A DNA stretch of 64,000 bases from Thermoanaerobaculia bacterium (GCA_963719225.1 CAVRAY010000002.1:288001-352000); one strand, 5' to 3'. Positions 18,934 to 29,003 are shown, counted from the first letter of the stretch. Numbers and translations: made by a program. Notes: generated by a model not told the origin, from the letters alone.

Positions 18934-19548
18934 ATGTCTATAATGCCCGACCTCGCCGTGACGCGCCGCTTCCGACCTGCCGCAGCGCTTCTCGTGGCCG
19001 TCGCCGCCGCCGGGGTGCTGGCGTGCTCGTCGTCCAAGGACAGTGGCGTGTGGAAGGATCAGAACTCGTACGGAAGCCAGATGGCCCGGAAAGGTTTCTG
19101 GCGAGAGGCCCTGTTCCGCTACGAAAAAGCGGCCGCCCTCCATCCGGAAAGCGCCGAGATCCAGAACAATCTCGGCGTGGCGTACGAAAGCGTGGGCGAG
19201 ACATCGCGCGCCCTCGCCGCCTACAAGAGGGCTCTCGAGCTCGCGCCACAGGATCAGAAGATCAAGCGGAACTACGCGCGCTTCGCCGAGTACTACACCT
19301 CGGTCCAGCGCGCGTCTTCGCTTCCGGCGCCGTCCAGTTCCAGCCCTGCCGTTCGGCCTTCGCCCGCGCCCGCCCCCGCGGCTGAAAAGCCCGGCTCGAC
19401 CGAGCCTCCGCGCATCCCTCCGTCCGTCGGCACCGTGCCGTCCGAGGCGTCGCCCGGCTCTCCCGTTCCGCCGCCCGCGCAGAACCCGCCGGCTCCGCCG
19501 CCAGCCCCGACCCCCGGACCTCCCGCGCCGCCTTCGGGGCCGCGATGA
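18934..19548 (+). CDS. TPR lipoprotein with Pro-rich tail (start possibly GTG 18958)
   Basis: Lipobox VLAC; WREALFRYEKAA..IQNNLGVAYESVG TPR; TATAAT at 18939-18944. Confidence 0.8.
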   Translation: MSIMPDLAVTRRFRPAAALLVAVAAAGVLACSSSKDSGVWKDQNSYGSQMARKGFWREALFRYEKAAALHPESAEIQNNLGVAYESVGETSRALAAYKRALELAPQDQKIKRNYARFAEYYTSVQRASSLPAPSSSSPAVRPSPAPAPAAEKPGSTEPPRIPPSVGTVPSEASPGSPVPPPAQNPPAPPPAPTPGPPAPPSGPR

Positions 19549-20255
19549 GGAGCTTGGTGCGCCGCCCGGCGTCCGTGACCCTCGTCGCCGCGGCCGTGCT
19601 CGCCTCGGCGTGCGCGGGCGGAACGAAGGAGGTCAAGCTCAAGCTTCCTCTCAGGCCGAAGCTCGCGGTGACGGGGCGCGAGCGAATCTCGCTCGCGCCC
19701 TTTCTCGTGGCCTCGAAGCTCTCCGACAAGAAGGACGCGCCTCGCTACAAGGACCTCGACCTCGATGCCGAGTTCCGGCGCTATCTCGGCAAGCAGCTGA
19801 GCAAACGCACGAAGATGACGATCGTGACGATGCCCCAGGACGTGCGGCTCCCGACGCAGAACTTGAAGGACCTCGGGGAAGCCGGGGACTTCTGGCGCGG
19901 CGTGGGCGGCCGGACGGGAGCCGACATCCTGCTGACGGGCGTCGTGGACTTCCGCGTCGAGAACAAATCGGGCTACCGCAACGAAGAGTACCGGAGCGCC
20001 ATCGACGGCCGGATCTACTACCGCCAGGTGCTCGTCGAGTCCACGGGATTCACGTTCGACGTGACGGTCGTCGCGATCGACGGACACACGGGCTCGAAGC
20101 TCTTCCAGGAGAACTTCCGGGACACGAAGGAAAAGAGCAAGGCGCGCGTGGACGAGCTCGTGGGCCTCTTCGAGAACCTCTTCTCCCTCGAGAACCAGCT
20201 CCTCGGGCTCTTCGTCGTGCGTGAGCGGGAGGCGAACCGTTATGTCTTCGATTAA
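19545..20255 (+). CDS. Lipoprotein, CsgG/TolB-N/LpoB-like fold (inferred)
   Basis: ATGA overlap; lipobox ASAC; RISLAPF...VGGRTGADILLTGVVDF pattern. Confidence 0.65.
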   Translation: MRSLVRRPASVTLVAAAVLASACAGGTKEVKLKLPLRPKLAVTGRERISLAPFLVASKLSDKKDAPRYKDLDLDAEFRRYLGKQLSKRTKMTIVTMPQDVRLPTQNLKDLGEAGDFWRGVGGRTGADILLTGVVDFRVENKSGYRNEEYRSAIDGRIYYRQVLVESTGFTFDVTVVAIDGHTGSKLFQENFRDTKEKSKARVDELVGLFENLFSLENQLLGLFVVREREANRYVFD

Positions 20256-23118
20256 CCGCCGGGTGCGCCCCCCCCGAGCCCCCCTCTTCCTCCTTCTAGG
20301 AATCTTCTCTCTCTCGTCCCCTCTCTTCGCCGCCGGTCAGAACAAGATCGTCTACGACCAGTTCGACTGGTCCATCTACCAGTCCACGCACTTCGACGTC
20401 TTCCACTACTCGCGCGAGCGTCAGACCCTCCAGAAGGTCGTCTCGATGGCGGAGTCCGCCTACGACGAGCTTTCGCGCCGCCTGAACTACCAGATCCCGA
20501 AGCGCGTGCCGATCATCTACTACGCGAGCCACGCCGAGTTCGAGCAGAACAACATCGAGCTCAACTTCATCCCCGAGGGTGTCGGCGCCTTCGCCGAGCC
20601 GGCGCGGAACCGGATGGTCCTGCCCATCGACCTGCCCGACGAGAAGCTCCAGGCGCTCATCCAGCACGAGCTCACGCACGTCTTCCAGTACGAGATCCTG
20701 TTCGGCGGCCGGCTCGGACGCGCGCTGACGTCGAACGTCCCGACCTGGGTCGTGGAGGGCATGGCGTCCTATTACGGCAACGACGAGGACGACAAGGACC
20801 GGATGTTCCTGAGGGACGCGGTCAACCAGGACCTCATCCCGCCGATCACGAAGGTCAATATCGAAGGCTATCCGGCCTACCGGTATGGCCACGCGGTCTA
20901 CGACTTCATGGAGGCCGAGTGGGGAAAGGACGCGGTCCGCGACTTCCTCTTCGAGTACCGGTCGTTCCTGGGCCGGGACGTCTCCGTGGCCCTGCGGCGC
21001 GCTTTCGAGATCCAGCCGGACGACTTCGACCTGAAGTTCCGCCGGTACCTGAGAAGGAAGTACCTCCCGCTCCTCGCCGTCAAAGGCGAGGCTTCGGAGT
21101 ACGGCGAGCGTTTCCGCGTGGGCCAGTTCGGGCGCGAGTCCTTCGAGATCGGCGCGGCGCCGTCGCCGTCCGGAGATTTCGTCGCGACGCTCACGACCTA
21201 CAAGGGCGACGTGGACATCGCGCTGCTGTCCGTGCGCGATCGCAAGCTCTACAAGAACCTCTCGGCCGGCAGGACGACGAAGTACGAGTACATCGTCGGC
21301 CAGTACCTCACGGCGGGCCCCGAGAGCGGGCGCGACCTTTCCTTCGCCCCGGACGGCGACCGCATCGCGGTCTTCGGCCGGCAGGAGCGCGGGCGCAAGC
21401 TCCTCATTTTCTCGGCGCGCGGGGGCGGCCTTCTCGAGCGCATCTCGGTGGCGCCCGACGTGCCGCTCGCGCCGTCCTGGTCGCCCGACGGCAAGTCCAT
21501 CGTGTTCTCGGGCATCGAGGGGAACAGCCGCGACATCTTCTTCCTCGACCTCAAGTCTAAGGCCGTCCGGAACCTCACGAACGACAAGGAGTACGACGAG
21601 GCGCCCGTCTTCTCGCCGGACGGCAAGTTCGTCTATCACTCCAAGATCGTCGCCGGCTTCTCGAAAATCGTCCGTTTCCCGCTCGACGACCCGTCGAAGG
21701 CCGAGCAGGTGACGTGGGGCGACGGCAACGACGAGGACCCCTCGTTCTCGCCCGACGGCAAGAGGATCTACTTCACCTCCTCGCGCGGCGGCATCTACAA
21801 CATCTACGGGCAGGACCTGGCGACCGGCGAGATCTTCCAGTACACGGACGTGATCGGCGCCGCTCTCGGCCCCGCGGCCTTCGTCGGCCCGGACGGCCAG
21901 GAGAAGATCGTGTTCTCGGGGTTCCAGGGCCTGCGCTTCCAGCTCTACGCCGCCGACGCGAAGAAGCCCTTCAAGAAGCTCGACGAGCGCGCGCTGCCCC
22001 CTGCTCCCGTCAAGGCGGGCCTGACCGCCGGCTTCGTGCCCGCTGTCGAGGTCGCGGTCGATCCCGAGAAGCTCTCGCGCCCGAAATTCAAGATGTTCCT
22101 CGACAACGCGCAGGTCCTCGCCGGTATCAACTCCGACCAGACCTTCGTGTCGCAGGTTCTCCTGTCCTTCTCGGATTACCTCGGCGACCGGCGCGCGTTC
22201 TTCCAGTTCGACTCGGTTTCCACGTTCTCGAACTTCCGCATCGGCTATTTCAACATTGCCAAGCGCTTCCAATGGGGGCTCCAGGCCTACGACGACCGGG
22301 AGTACTTCTATTCATACAACTACCAGACGGGCGATTTCGCGCGGGACCAGCGCATCGCGCGCAACACGGGCCTGTCGCTCAACGGCTACTACCCCACCTC
22401 GCGCTACACGCGCGTGGAAGGGAACATCGGGTTCGTGAGCCGCGCTCTCGACATTCCGCTCGTCGCCTCGAACCTCGACGGAACGCAGAGCTTCTTCTTC
22501 GAGGCGCGCTCGGACAACGTCCCGACCGCCGGCGTCGGCTTCTCGTACGACACGACGCGTTACGCCAGCTTCGGGCCGCAGGGCGGAAAGAGGCTGGACC
22601 TCAACGTGCAGTACACGCCGTCGTTCAAGACGGGTGAGTCGACTCTCTCGCTGGACGCCTTCCTCGACGGGCGGATTTACCTCCCGCTTTCGCGGCGCGT
22701 GCTTTTCGCGGTGCGCGCCTTCGGTGGACTGTCGCACGGCTCGGCCCCCACGGTCTTCTACTTCGGCGGCCTCGACACGCTGCGCGGCTACGACTACCGG
22801 AGCATCATCGGAAACAAGACCTTCTACGTGAACACGGAGTTCCGCTTCCCGCTCGTGGACGTGCTCGCGACGCCGATCCTTCAGTTCGGCGGGATTCGCG
22901 GCCGGATCTTCGTGGACGTGGGCGGGGCCTGGTTGAACGACCAGTCCTTCCAGTTCTGGCAGGACGGGCGGTTGAAGGACGGGCACGCCTCCTACGGAGC
23001 CGGCTTCAGCGTCTATTTCCTCGGCCTGCCGTGGAACGTGGACTTCTCGAAGCAGTGGGACTTCCGCTCGTCGCAGTCGGACCTGCAGACGACTTTCTAC
23101 GTCGGGACGACGTTCTGA
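20242..23118 (+). CDS. Omp85/BamA-TamA-family outer membrane protein with N-terminal gluzincin peptidase and PD40 beta-propeller
   Basis: QHELTHVF plus EGMAS; repeated PSWSPDG/FSPDG; GGLDTLRGYD loop-6 motif; C-terminal Phe. Confidence 0.85.
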   Translation: MSSINRRVRPPRAPLFLLLGIFSLSSPLFAAGQNKIVYDQFDWSIYQSTHFDVFHYSRERQTLQKVVSMAESAYDELSRRLNYQIPKRVPIIYYASHAEFEQNNIELNFIPEGVGAFAEPARNRMVLPIDLPDEKLQALIQHELTHVFQYEILFGGRLGRALTSNVPTWVVEGMASYYGNDEDDKDRMFLRDAVNQDLIPPITKVNIEGYPAYRYGHAVYDFMEAEWGKDAVRDFLFEYRSFLGRDVSVALRRAFEIQPDDFDLKFRRYLRRKYLPLLAVKGEASEYGERFRVGQFGRESFEIGAAPSPSGDFVATLTTYKGDVDIALLSVRDRKLYKNLSAGRTTKYEYIVGQYLTAGPESGRDLSFAPDGDRIAVFGRQERGRKLLIFSARGGGLLERISVAPDVPLAPSWSPDGKSIVFSGIEGNSRDIFFLDLKSKAVRNLTNDKEYDEAPVFSPDGKFVYHSKIVAGFSKIVRFPLDDPSKAEQVTWGDGNDEDPSFSPDGKRIYFTSSRGGIYNIYGQDLATGEIFQYTDVIGAALGPAAFVGPDGQEKIVFSGFQGLRFQLYAADAKKPFKKLDERALPPAPVKAGLTAGFVPAVEVAVDPEKLSRPKFKMFLDNAQVLAGINSDQTFVSQVLLSFSDYLGDRRAFFQFDSVSTFSNFRIGYFNIAKRFQWGLQAYDDREYFYSYNYQTGDFARDQRIARNTGLSLNGYYPTSRYTRVEGNIGFVSRALDIPLVASNLDGTQSFFFEARSDNVPTAGVGFSYDTTRYASFGPQGGKRLDLNVQYTPSFKTGESTLSLDAFLDGRIYLPLSRRVLFAVRAFGGLSHGSAPTVFYFGGLDTLRGYDYRSIIGNKTFYVNTEFRFPLVDVLATPILQFGGIRGRIFVDVGGAWLNDQSFQFWQDGRLKDGHASYGAGFSVYFLGLPWNVDFSKQWDFRSSQSDLQTTFYVGTTF
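20284..20320 (+). repeat. Dispersed AT-rich motif copy within the Omp85 signal peptide
   Basis: CTCTTCCTCCTTCTAGGAATCTTCTCTCTCTCGTCCC. Confidence 0.55.
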
Positions 23119-23141
23119 AGGGGAAATCCGAGGGGCGTTTT

Positions 23142-23248
23142 TCGAGCGGTGAAGGGGGCCGGGGGGAAACGCGACCGCGTTTCCCCCATTTCTCGCAGCT
23201 GCCAGCGCGCCCTTCTCCGGTCGCGGGCGGAGCCTGCGGCGCGCTGGC
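23142..23248. repeat. Structured intergenic repeat, copy 2 (REP-like)
   Basis: Matches 14000-14104 with compensatory substitutions. Confidence 0.85.
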
Positions 23249-23264
23249 TGCATAATCCGCGGCC

Positions 23265-24026
23265 GTGCGTATCCGTGTCCTCGGGGCCCACGGCGGCTCC
23301 TCGCCTCTCCATCGTCAGACGTCGTTCCTGGTGAACGGCACGGTCTGTCTCGATGCGGGCTCTCTCACCGACGCGCTCTCGCTCGACGAGCAGGCGGGCG
23401 TCCGTGCCGTCCTCGTGACCCACGCCCACATGGACCACGTCGCGTCTCTCCCGTTCCTCGTCGAGAACGTCTTCGGGCGGAACGGCTCGCCGCTCGAGAT
23501 CGTCGCTCCCGAGGAGGTCCTCGCCGCGCTCAGGGCGCATCTCTTCAACGACGCCCTCTGGCCGGACTTCTCGCGTCTGCCGAACGACGCCGTTCCTGCC
23601 GTCTCGTTTCGCGCGATCCCGACGGGCAGCCCGTGCCGGGTCGCGGGCCTCGTCGCGACCGCCGTTCCCGTCTCGCACGTGGTTCCCACCTGCGGCTACA
23701 TCCTGGAGGACGACGGCGCCTGCGTCGTCTTCTCGGGCGACACCGGCCCGACGGAAGCGCTGTGGCAGGCCGCCCGGGCCCGTTCGGACGTGAAGGGGCT
23801 CTTCGTGGAGTGCTCGTTCCCGAACACCCTCCAGCACCTCGCGGACGTTTCGAAACACCTGACGCCCGCAACGCTCTCGCGGGAGATCCAGAAGCTCCCG
23901 CCCGGCATCCCGATCTACCTCTACCACATGAAGCCGCCGACGCTCGAGCGCCTCCGCGCCGAAATCGCGGCGCTCGGGAACGGGCGCGTTTCTCTTCTCG
24001 CCGACGGGGACGAGCTGACGTTCTAG
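23265..24026 (+). CDS. Class II cyclic-nucleotide phosphodiesterase-like MBL-fold hydrolase
   Basis: LDAGS, THAHMDH, HLFNDALWPDF, SGDTG, ECSFPN, HLTP, YHMKP. Confidence 0.85.
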   Translation: MRIRVLGAHGGSSPLHRQTSFLVNGTVCLDAGSLTDALSLDEQAGVRAVLVTHAHMDHVASLPFLVENVFGRNGSPLEIVAPEEVLAALRAHLFNDALWPDFSRLPNDAVPAVSFRAIPTGSPCRVAGLVATAVPVSHVVPTCGYILEDDGACVVFSGDTGPTEALWQAARARSDVKGLFVECSFPNTLQHLADVSKHLTPATLSREIQKLPPGIPIYLYHMKPPTLERLRAEIAALGNGRVSLLADGDELTF

Positions 24027-25165
24027 CCGCTCGTCAGCGCGAAGATCTCCGACACGAGGTGGAAAACGAGCGTCTTGCGGACCGCTTCCGAAGGCCCTTC
24101 CTGGGGAAGTGAGGGAGCGAGCGCCGATTCGATCGTGATCCTCGAGCCCGCCCCGGCCTGTTCCACGAGGACCTTGCGGCCGACGACGAGCGAGAGAGGC
24201 GGGATGTCGCGTGCGATCCGGCGGCGGGCCTCGTCGGCGGAGACGGGGCTCGCGTGATAGACGGAGAGCGTCGCGGGAATCGGCGGCTCTTGCGATTCCT
24301 CCGGTAAAGGGACGTCTCCGAGCTCGAGCGCGAAGAGCTTCTCGAGAGCGGCGCGCGAAGAAGCAGGAAGCGCGTACTCGAGCCGGCTCCACGCGTCCAG
24401 GATCGTCATGCGCCCCGCTCCCCAGAAAAGAACCCGGTCGTCGAGGACGCGAAGGGCGAAGGGTTTCTTGCTCCCTCTCGATTCGTGGTGTGCGCCGGCA
24501 TCGGGAGACGGTCTGCGAACTTCTTCGAATGGAATAGGTATTGAGGCCGGCGCCGGGGGGAGTCTGACCAGCTCCGAAACCTCGCCGCGCGCGTCGCACG
24601 TCACGCGCACCGAGCCATCCGGCGCGACCGCTGCGGACAGTTTTCCAAATCCCGTCGGGATCTCCTGGGCCGGCAGATCCAACGGCATCAGAACGGGGAG
24701 TGGGAATGCGGTGTCCGCGAGGATGCGCCGCCCTTCGAGAGTTGCGATGACCGCTCGATGCGCCACACCCCCATTCACCTTCAAAGAAAAATCACCCTCT
24801 CCCGAGCCGAGGCGCGACTCGCCACGCTCGGGCGGGTCCTGCTCATGCTGCTCCCAGGGCCTTCGGCACGCGCCGTCTGCGAGGGCGACGTCGAAGCCCA
24901 ACCCCCGCGCGAGCCACACGAACGCGCGGGAGCGCTCTTCGCCGACGAGGCCCCGTTCCTCCTCGACCCATTCCGCGAAGAAGGCCTCGGGGTCGAAGCT
25001 TTCGGGGTCTCCCGCCGGGCGCGTGAGCGTCTCGCACGCGACCCGGCGCGTGAAGCGCAGGAAGAGGTCCTCGAACGCCCTCCCGTCGTTCCCCCGCCTC
25101 TCGAAGGACAGCGCCTCGAGGACCGCGTCGAGCTGCGCCGCGTCACCCTCGCCGGATGGTGGCAT
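24023..25165 (-). CDS. Arylamine N-acetyltransferase-like protein lacking the catalytic Cys
   Basis: RVACETL..ERGLVGEE..FVWLARGLGFDV..HRAVIATLEGRRILADTAF aligns with NAT VPFENL..RGGxCxE..LGF..H..DVGF. Confidence 0.6.
   Translation of the reverse strand: MPPSGEGDAAQLDAVLEALSFERRGNDGRAFEDLFLRFTRRVACETLTRPAGDPESFDPEAFFAEWVEEERGLVGEERSRAFVWLARGLGFDVALADGACRRPWEQHEQDPPERGESRLGSGEGDFSLKVNGGVAHRAVIATLEGRRILADTAFPLPVLMPLDLPAQEIPTGFGKLSAAVAPDGSVRVTCDARGEVSELVRLPPAPASIPIPFEEVRRPSPDAGAHHESRGSKKPFALRVLDDRVLFWGAGRMTILDAWSRLEYALPASSRAALEKLFALELGDVPLPEESQEPPIPATLSVYHASPVSADEARRRIARDIPPLSLVVGRKVLVEQAGAGSRITIESALAPSLPQEGPSEAVRKTLVFHLVSEIFALTSG
24778..24803 (+). repeat. Dispersed AT-rich motif copy (degenerate inverted partner at 24517-24534)
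   Basis: CCTTCAAAGAAAAATCACCCTCTCCC. Confidence 0.6.
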
Positions 25166-25171
25166 CCGGAT

Positions 25172-25957
25172 TTAGGAACGGTGAGCGAGGACGGAGGCGA
25201 GGCCGCGCTGCCCGGTCTCGGAGAACCACGAGTCCACGAAGGCCTTCCGTCCCTCGGGGAGCACGTTCTTCGCCCTCTCGTACGCCGCTCCCCTCAGGTC
25301 GCGCTTGATGGCCGTGTAGACCTCGCTGGAGGCGCCGCCGAGCTCCTCCACGAAGGTCACGGCCTCCTCGAGAAGACGGTCCGGGGGAACGATCCGGTCG
25401 ATTGCGCCGAACTCGCGCGCCTCGCGGAACGACATCGTGTCTCCGCGCAGCGCCCAGCGCGTGAGCGTCTGCTCGCCGACCGTGCTGCGGATCGCTTCCA
25501 TGCAGTGGCGCGGCAGGTGGATCCCGAGCCGCACCCCCGGCAGGCCGATCGTGCCCGGTCCCTCGGCCGCGAAACGAAAGTCCGCCGTGGCCGCGAGGAG
25601 AGCACCGCCCGCGACGGCGTGCCCCGTCAGCGCCGCGACGAGGGGCTTGCCGAGGAGGAACAGGTCGAAAAAGAGCGCGTCGAAGACGCGGGCGAAGCGG
25701 GCGAACTCCTCGGCGCTCGCCCGCGCCAGCCTCAGGTCGAATCCGCCGCAGAAGATCTTCGGCGAGCGGGAGGTCAGGACCACGCCGCGGACGGAGGGAT
25801 CGTCCTGCGCCTTGAGTGCGGCCTCCTGAATCGCGGCGGCGAACTCCGTCGAGATGGCGTTCGCCTTCCCCCGGCCCATCGCGAGGATCCTCACGCCGCC
25901 CCGGTCCTCCACGAGGAGGTCGGTGGGGGAGTCGATCGTCAGGGCGTGCGCGCTCAA
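25172..25957 (-). CDS. Enoyl-CoA hydratase/isomerase (crotonase) family protein
   Basis: KANAI, FCGGFDL, KPLVAALTGHAVAGG, ADFRF, IGLPGVRLGI. Confidence 0.88.
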   Translation of the reverse strand: MSAHALTIDSPTDLLVEDRGGVRILAMGRGKANAISTEFAAAIQEAALKAQDDPSVRGVVLTSRSPKIFCGGFDLRLARASAEEFARFARVFDALFFDLFLLGKPLVAALTGHAVAGGALLAATADFRFAAEGPGTIGLPGVRLGIHLPRHCMEAIRSTVGEQTLTRWALRGDTMSFREAREFGAIDRIVPPDRLLEEAVTFVEELGGASSEVYTAIKRDLRGAAYERAKNVLPEGRKAFVDSWFSETGQRGLASVLAHRS

Positions 25958-25970
25958 CGAGGCGAGTTTC

Positions 25971-26549
25971 TCACGCGTCGGTGCGGCCGGACAGAAAGAG
26001 GCCGAGGACCCGGCGATCGTCCGTCAGCTCCGGATGGAACGTCGCGGCGGTGATGTTGCCCTTGCGCACGAGCACGGGATCTCCGTCGCGCCGGGCGAGG
26101 ATTTCGACGGACGGATCGACCGCGGAGATCCTCGGGGCGCGGATGAAGACGGCTTCGAGCGGCTCTTTTCCGAGGGCCGAGGGCTCGACGTCCGTGAGGC
26201 GCACGATGGACGAGTCGTGCTGCCGGCCATAGGCGTTGCGCACGACCGTCATCGGGAGGAGGCCCAGTCCCTGCGAGGACGGCCCCTCCACGTCGCGCGC
26301 GAGCAGGATCGCTCCCGCGCACGTGCCGAGGACGGGGTCGCCGCGGCGCGCGACGGTGAGGATCGCCTCTTCGATTCCCGTCCCCTCCATGAGCTTTCGG
26401 AACGTCGTCGACTCGCCGCCGGGGAGAACGAGGCCTTCGGATTCCAGGATCTCGTCCGCCCCGCGGACCTCCCGCGCGCCGACGCCCGCCCGCCGGAGCG
26501 CGTCGACGTGCGCCTCGAAATCGCCCTGGAGCGCCAGGACTCCGATCAC
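25971..26549 (-). CDS. pdxT: PLP synthase glutaminase subunit
   Basis: GVLALQG, PGGESTT, GTCAG, RNAYGRQ, FIRAP, TFHPEL. Confidence 0.96.
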   Translation of the reverse strand: MIGVLALQGDFEAHVDALRRAGVGAREVRGADEILESEGLVLPGGESTTFRKLMEGTGIEEAILTVARRGDPVLGTCAGAILLARDVEGPSSQGLGLLPMTVVRNAYGRQHDSSIVRLTDVEPSALGKEPLEAVFIRAPRISAVDPSVEILARRDGDPVLVRKGNITAATFHPELTDDRRVLGLFLSGRTDA

Positions 26550-26550
26550 C

Positions 26551-27468
26551 TTACCAGCCGCGGGTCTGGAGCAGATCGGCCTCGGTGAGCTTCGCGGCCT
26601 CGATGCCCTTCATGCCTTCGCCGAGATCTTCGGATGCCTTCGCGATCCGCGCGGGATCCTGGAAATGCGTCGTCGCCTCGACGATGGCGCGCGCGCGCTT
26701 CGCCGGATCGGACGACTTGAAGATGCCGGAGCCCACGAATACCGCCTCGGCGCCGAGCATGCGGCAGAGCGCCGCATCCGCGGGCGTCGCGATGCCGCCG
26801 GCGGCGAAGTTCGGGACGGGAAGCCGCCCGTAGGTCGCGACCCAGGCCACGAGCTCGAAGGGAGCGCCGAGGTTCTTCGCCGCGGCCATCCACTCGTCCT
26901 TCGTCAGGAGCGTGAGCGCCTTGATCTGCCGCGTGACCTCGCGGAGGTGCTTCACCGCGTGGACGATGTCGCCCGTGCCGGCCTCGCCCTTCGTCCGGAT
27001 CATGGCCGCGCCCTCGCCGATGCGCCGGAGGGCCTCGCCGAGATTTCGGCAGCCGCACACGAACGGCACCTTGTAGTCGTGCTTGTAGACGTGATTCTCC
27101 TCGTCCGCCGGCGTGAGCACCTCGGACTCGTCGACGAAATCCACCTCGAGGGACTCGAGGATCCTCGCTTCCGCGAGGTGGCCGATTCGGCATTTCGCCA
27201 TGACGGGAATCGACACGGCGGCCTCGATCTCGCGGATCTTCGCGACGGGAGACATGCGCGCGACGCCGCCGTCGCGCCGGATGTCGGCCGGGACGCGCTC
27301 GAGCGCCATCACGGCGGCGGCCCCGGCGTCCTCGGCGATCCGCGCCTGGTCGGCATCGACGACGTCCATGATGACGCCGCCCTTGAGCATCTCGGCGAGG
27401 CCGACTTTCACGCGGAACTCGTCGGACGAGAACGGCGAGGGAATCTGGAATCCGCTGACTGGTGTCAT
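26551..27468 (-). CDS. pdxS: PLP synthase lyase subunit
   Basis: [52 protein letters not shown]. Confidence 0.97.
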   Translation of the reverse strand: MTPVSGFQIPSPFSSDEFRVKVGLAEMLKGGVIMDVVDADQARIAEDAGAAAVMALERVPADIRRDGGVARMSPVAKIREIEAAVSIPVMAKCRIGHLAEARILESLEVDFVDESEVLTPADEENHVYKHDYKVPFVCGCRNLGEALRRIGEGAAMIRTKGEAGTGDIVHAVKHLREVTRQIKALTLLTKDEWMAAAKNLGAPFELVAWVATYGRLPVPNFAAGGIATPADAALCRMLGAEAVFVGSGIFKSSDPAKRARAIVEATTHFQDPARIAKASEDLGEGMKGIEAAKLTEADLLQTRGW

Positions 27469-27482
27469 TTTTTTCCTCTTCC

Positions 27483-29003
27483 TCAAATCTGAATGAGCGC
27501 TGCTTCCGCGGCCTGGGCCGCTTCGCGGACGTCGCGCGCGGGGCTCTTCTTCTGCCGCGCGGCCTGCCGGGCGAGCTCGCGCGCCTGGGCGCCGGCGATC
27601 TCGAGGGCTTTCTCGAGGTCCGAGGCGGACCCGCGCGCCACCGAGATCCGGATCGCGTTGACGTCGGTCTGGTCGGCCATGAACTCGGCGCCCGCCGAGA
27701 GGAGGACGCCTTTCTCGCGCGCCGCCGCGGCGAGAGCGCGGCCCGACACGCCGGGAGGAAGCTCGACCCAGAGCACGTAGCCTCCGGAAGGCCTCTCGAC
27801 GCGCGTCCCGATCGGAAACCGGTTCACGAGCGTGCGGTGCGCGAGCGCGAGGCGGGTTTTCAGGCGGCTCCGCGTCTTCGCGAGATGCCGGTCGTAGTCA
27901 CCTCTGACGAGAAAGAGGTTCAGGGCGGCCTGGAGAACCGGCGGCGAGGTCAGCTCTCCGACGCGTTTGAGCGCCGCGAGCCGGTGGACGAATTCCCTGG
28001 GACCCGAGATCCACCCGACCCTCACCCCGGGGAAGAGCGCCTTCGAGATCGTCCCGAGGTGGACGACGTGCGCGGGCGCGAACGCCGCGAGCGGCTGCGG
28101 CAGCGCCCCCTCGACGAGGAGGTCCGCGTCGAAGGCATCCTCCACGAGGAGGACGCCCGCTTGGGCCGCGCGCTCGGCGATCTCCGCCCTCCGGGCGGAT
28201 GAGGACAGGAGACCCGTCGGATTCTGAAAATCCGGAATCGTGTACGCGAACTTCGGCTTCTCCTGGAGGGCGCGCTCGAACGCGGCGAGCGCGGGACCCG
28301 CGCCGTCGAGCGGCACTCCCACGAGGCGTGCCCGGTGCGCCCGGAAGAGTGAAAGCGCCCCCGCGTACGACGGCGTCTCGACGACAACCGGGTCGCCCGG
28401 GTCCACGAGGGCGCGCGTGATGAGGTCGAGCCCCTGCTGCGCTCCGTTCACGATGAGGAGCGCGTCCGGGTCGGCCGGGATGCCGCGCTTGGCGAGGCGC
28501 GCGGCGAGCGTCTCGCGGAGCGGGCGGTAGCCGAACGGGGAGCCGTATGCCAGGAGTGAGCCGTCGCGGGCCACGTCGGCGAGGAGCGCCGCGAAGGCCG
28601 CCGCCGGGAAATCCCGCTCGTCCGGAGCCAGTCGCGAAAGGTCGTAGGGCACCGAGACCGGCTCGACGGCCGGAGGCTCGGAGAGGATGCGGGTCAGAAG
28701 CGACGACGCGATGCGGTCCCATGCGGGCGCGGGGCCGAGGACGGGACCCGCGCTGGAGCGGCGCGCGACTCGCGTCCCCGCGCCCTTGTTCGTCTCGATC
28801 CAGCCTTCGCGCTTGAGGAGCTGCAGGGCCTGGTGCACCGTCGCGCGGTTGACCTCGAGGGCGCGCGCGAGATCGCGCGACGCCGGCAGGCGCTCGCCCT
28901 CGAGATGCCGGCCGCGGCGGATGTCGCGGATGATGGCGTCCGCGATCGTCCGGTAGAGCGGGACGCGTAGGGGCGGGGCGGAGTCGAGCACGTTCCTCGC
29001 CAT
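27483..29003 (-). CDS. MocR/GabR-family regulator (GntR HTH plus aminotransferase-like domain), PdxR-like
   Basis: [21 protein letters not shown]; PDFQNPTG; [14 protein letters not shown] with PLP lysine; abuts pdxS. Confidence 0.9.
   Translation of the reverse strand: MARNVLDSAPPLRVPLYRTIADAIIRDIRRGRHLEGERLPASRDLARALEVNRATVHQALQLLKREGWIETNKGAGTRVARRSSAGPVLGPAPAWDRIASSLLTRILSEPPAVEPVSVPYDLSRLAPDERDFPAAAFAALLADVARDGSLLAYGSPFGYRPLRETLAARLAKRGIPADPDALLIVNGAQQGLDLITRALVDPGDPVVVETPSYAGALSLFRAHRARLVGVPLDGAGPALAAFERALQEKPKFAYTIPDFQNPTGLLSSSARRAEIAERAAQAGVLLVEDAFDADLLVEGALPQPLAAFAPAHVVHLGTISKALFPGVRVGWISGPREFVHRLAALKRVGELTSPPVLQAALNLFLVRGDYDRHLAKTRSRLKTRLALAHRTLVNRFPIGTRVERPSGGYVLWVELPPGVSGRALAAAAREKGVLLSAGAEFMADQTDVNAIRISVARGSASDLEKALEIAGAQARELARQAARQKKSPARDVREAAQAAEAALIQI

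Noticed and set aside
28219-28240. GGATTCTGAAAATCCGGAAT resembling the AT-rich motif
   Set aside because: Encodes the conserved IPDFQNP motif, so it is explained by protein constraint.
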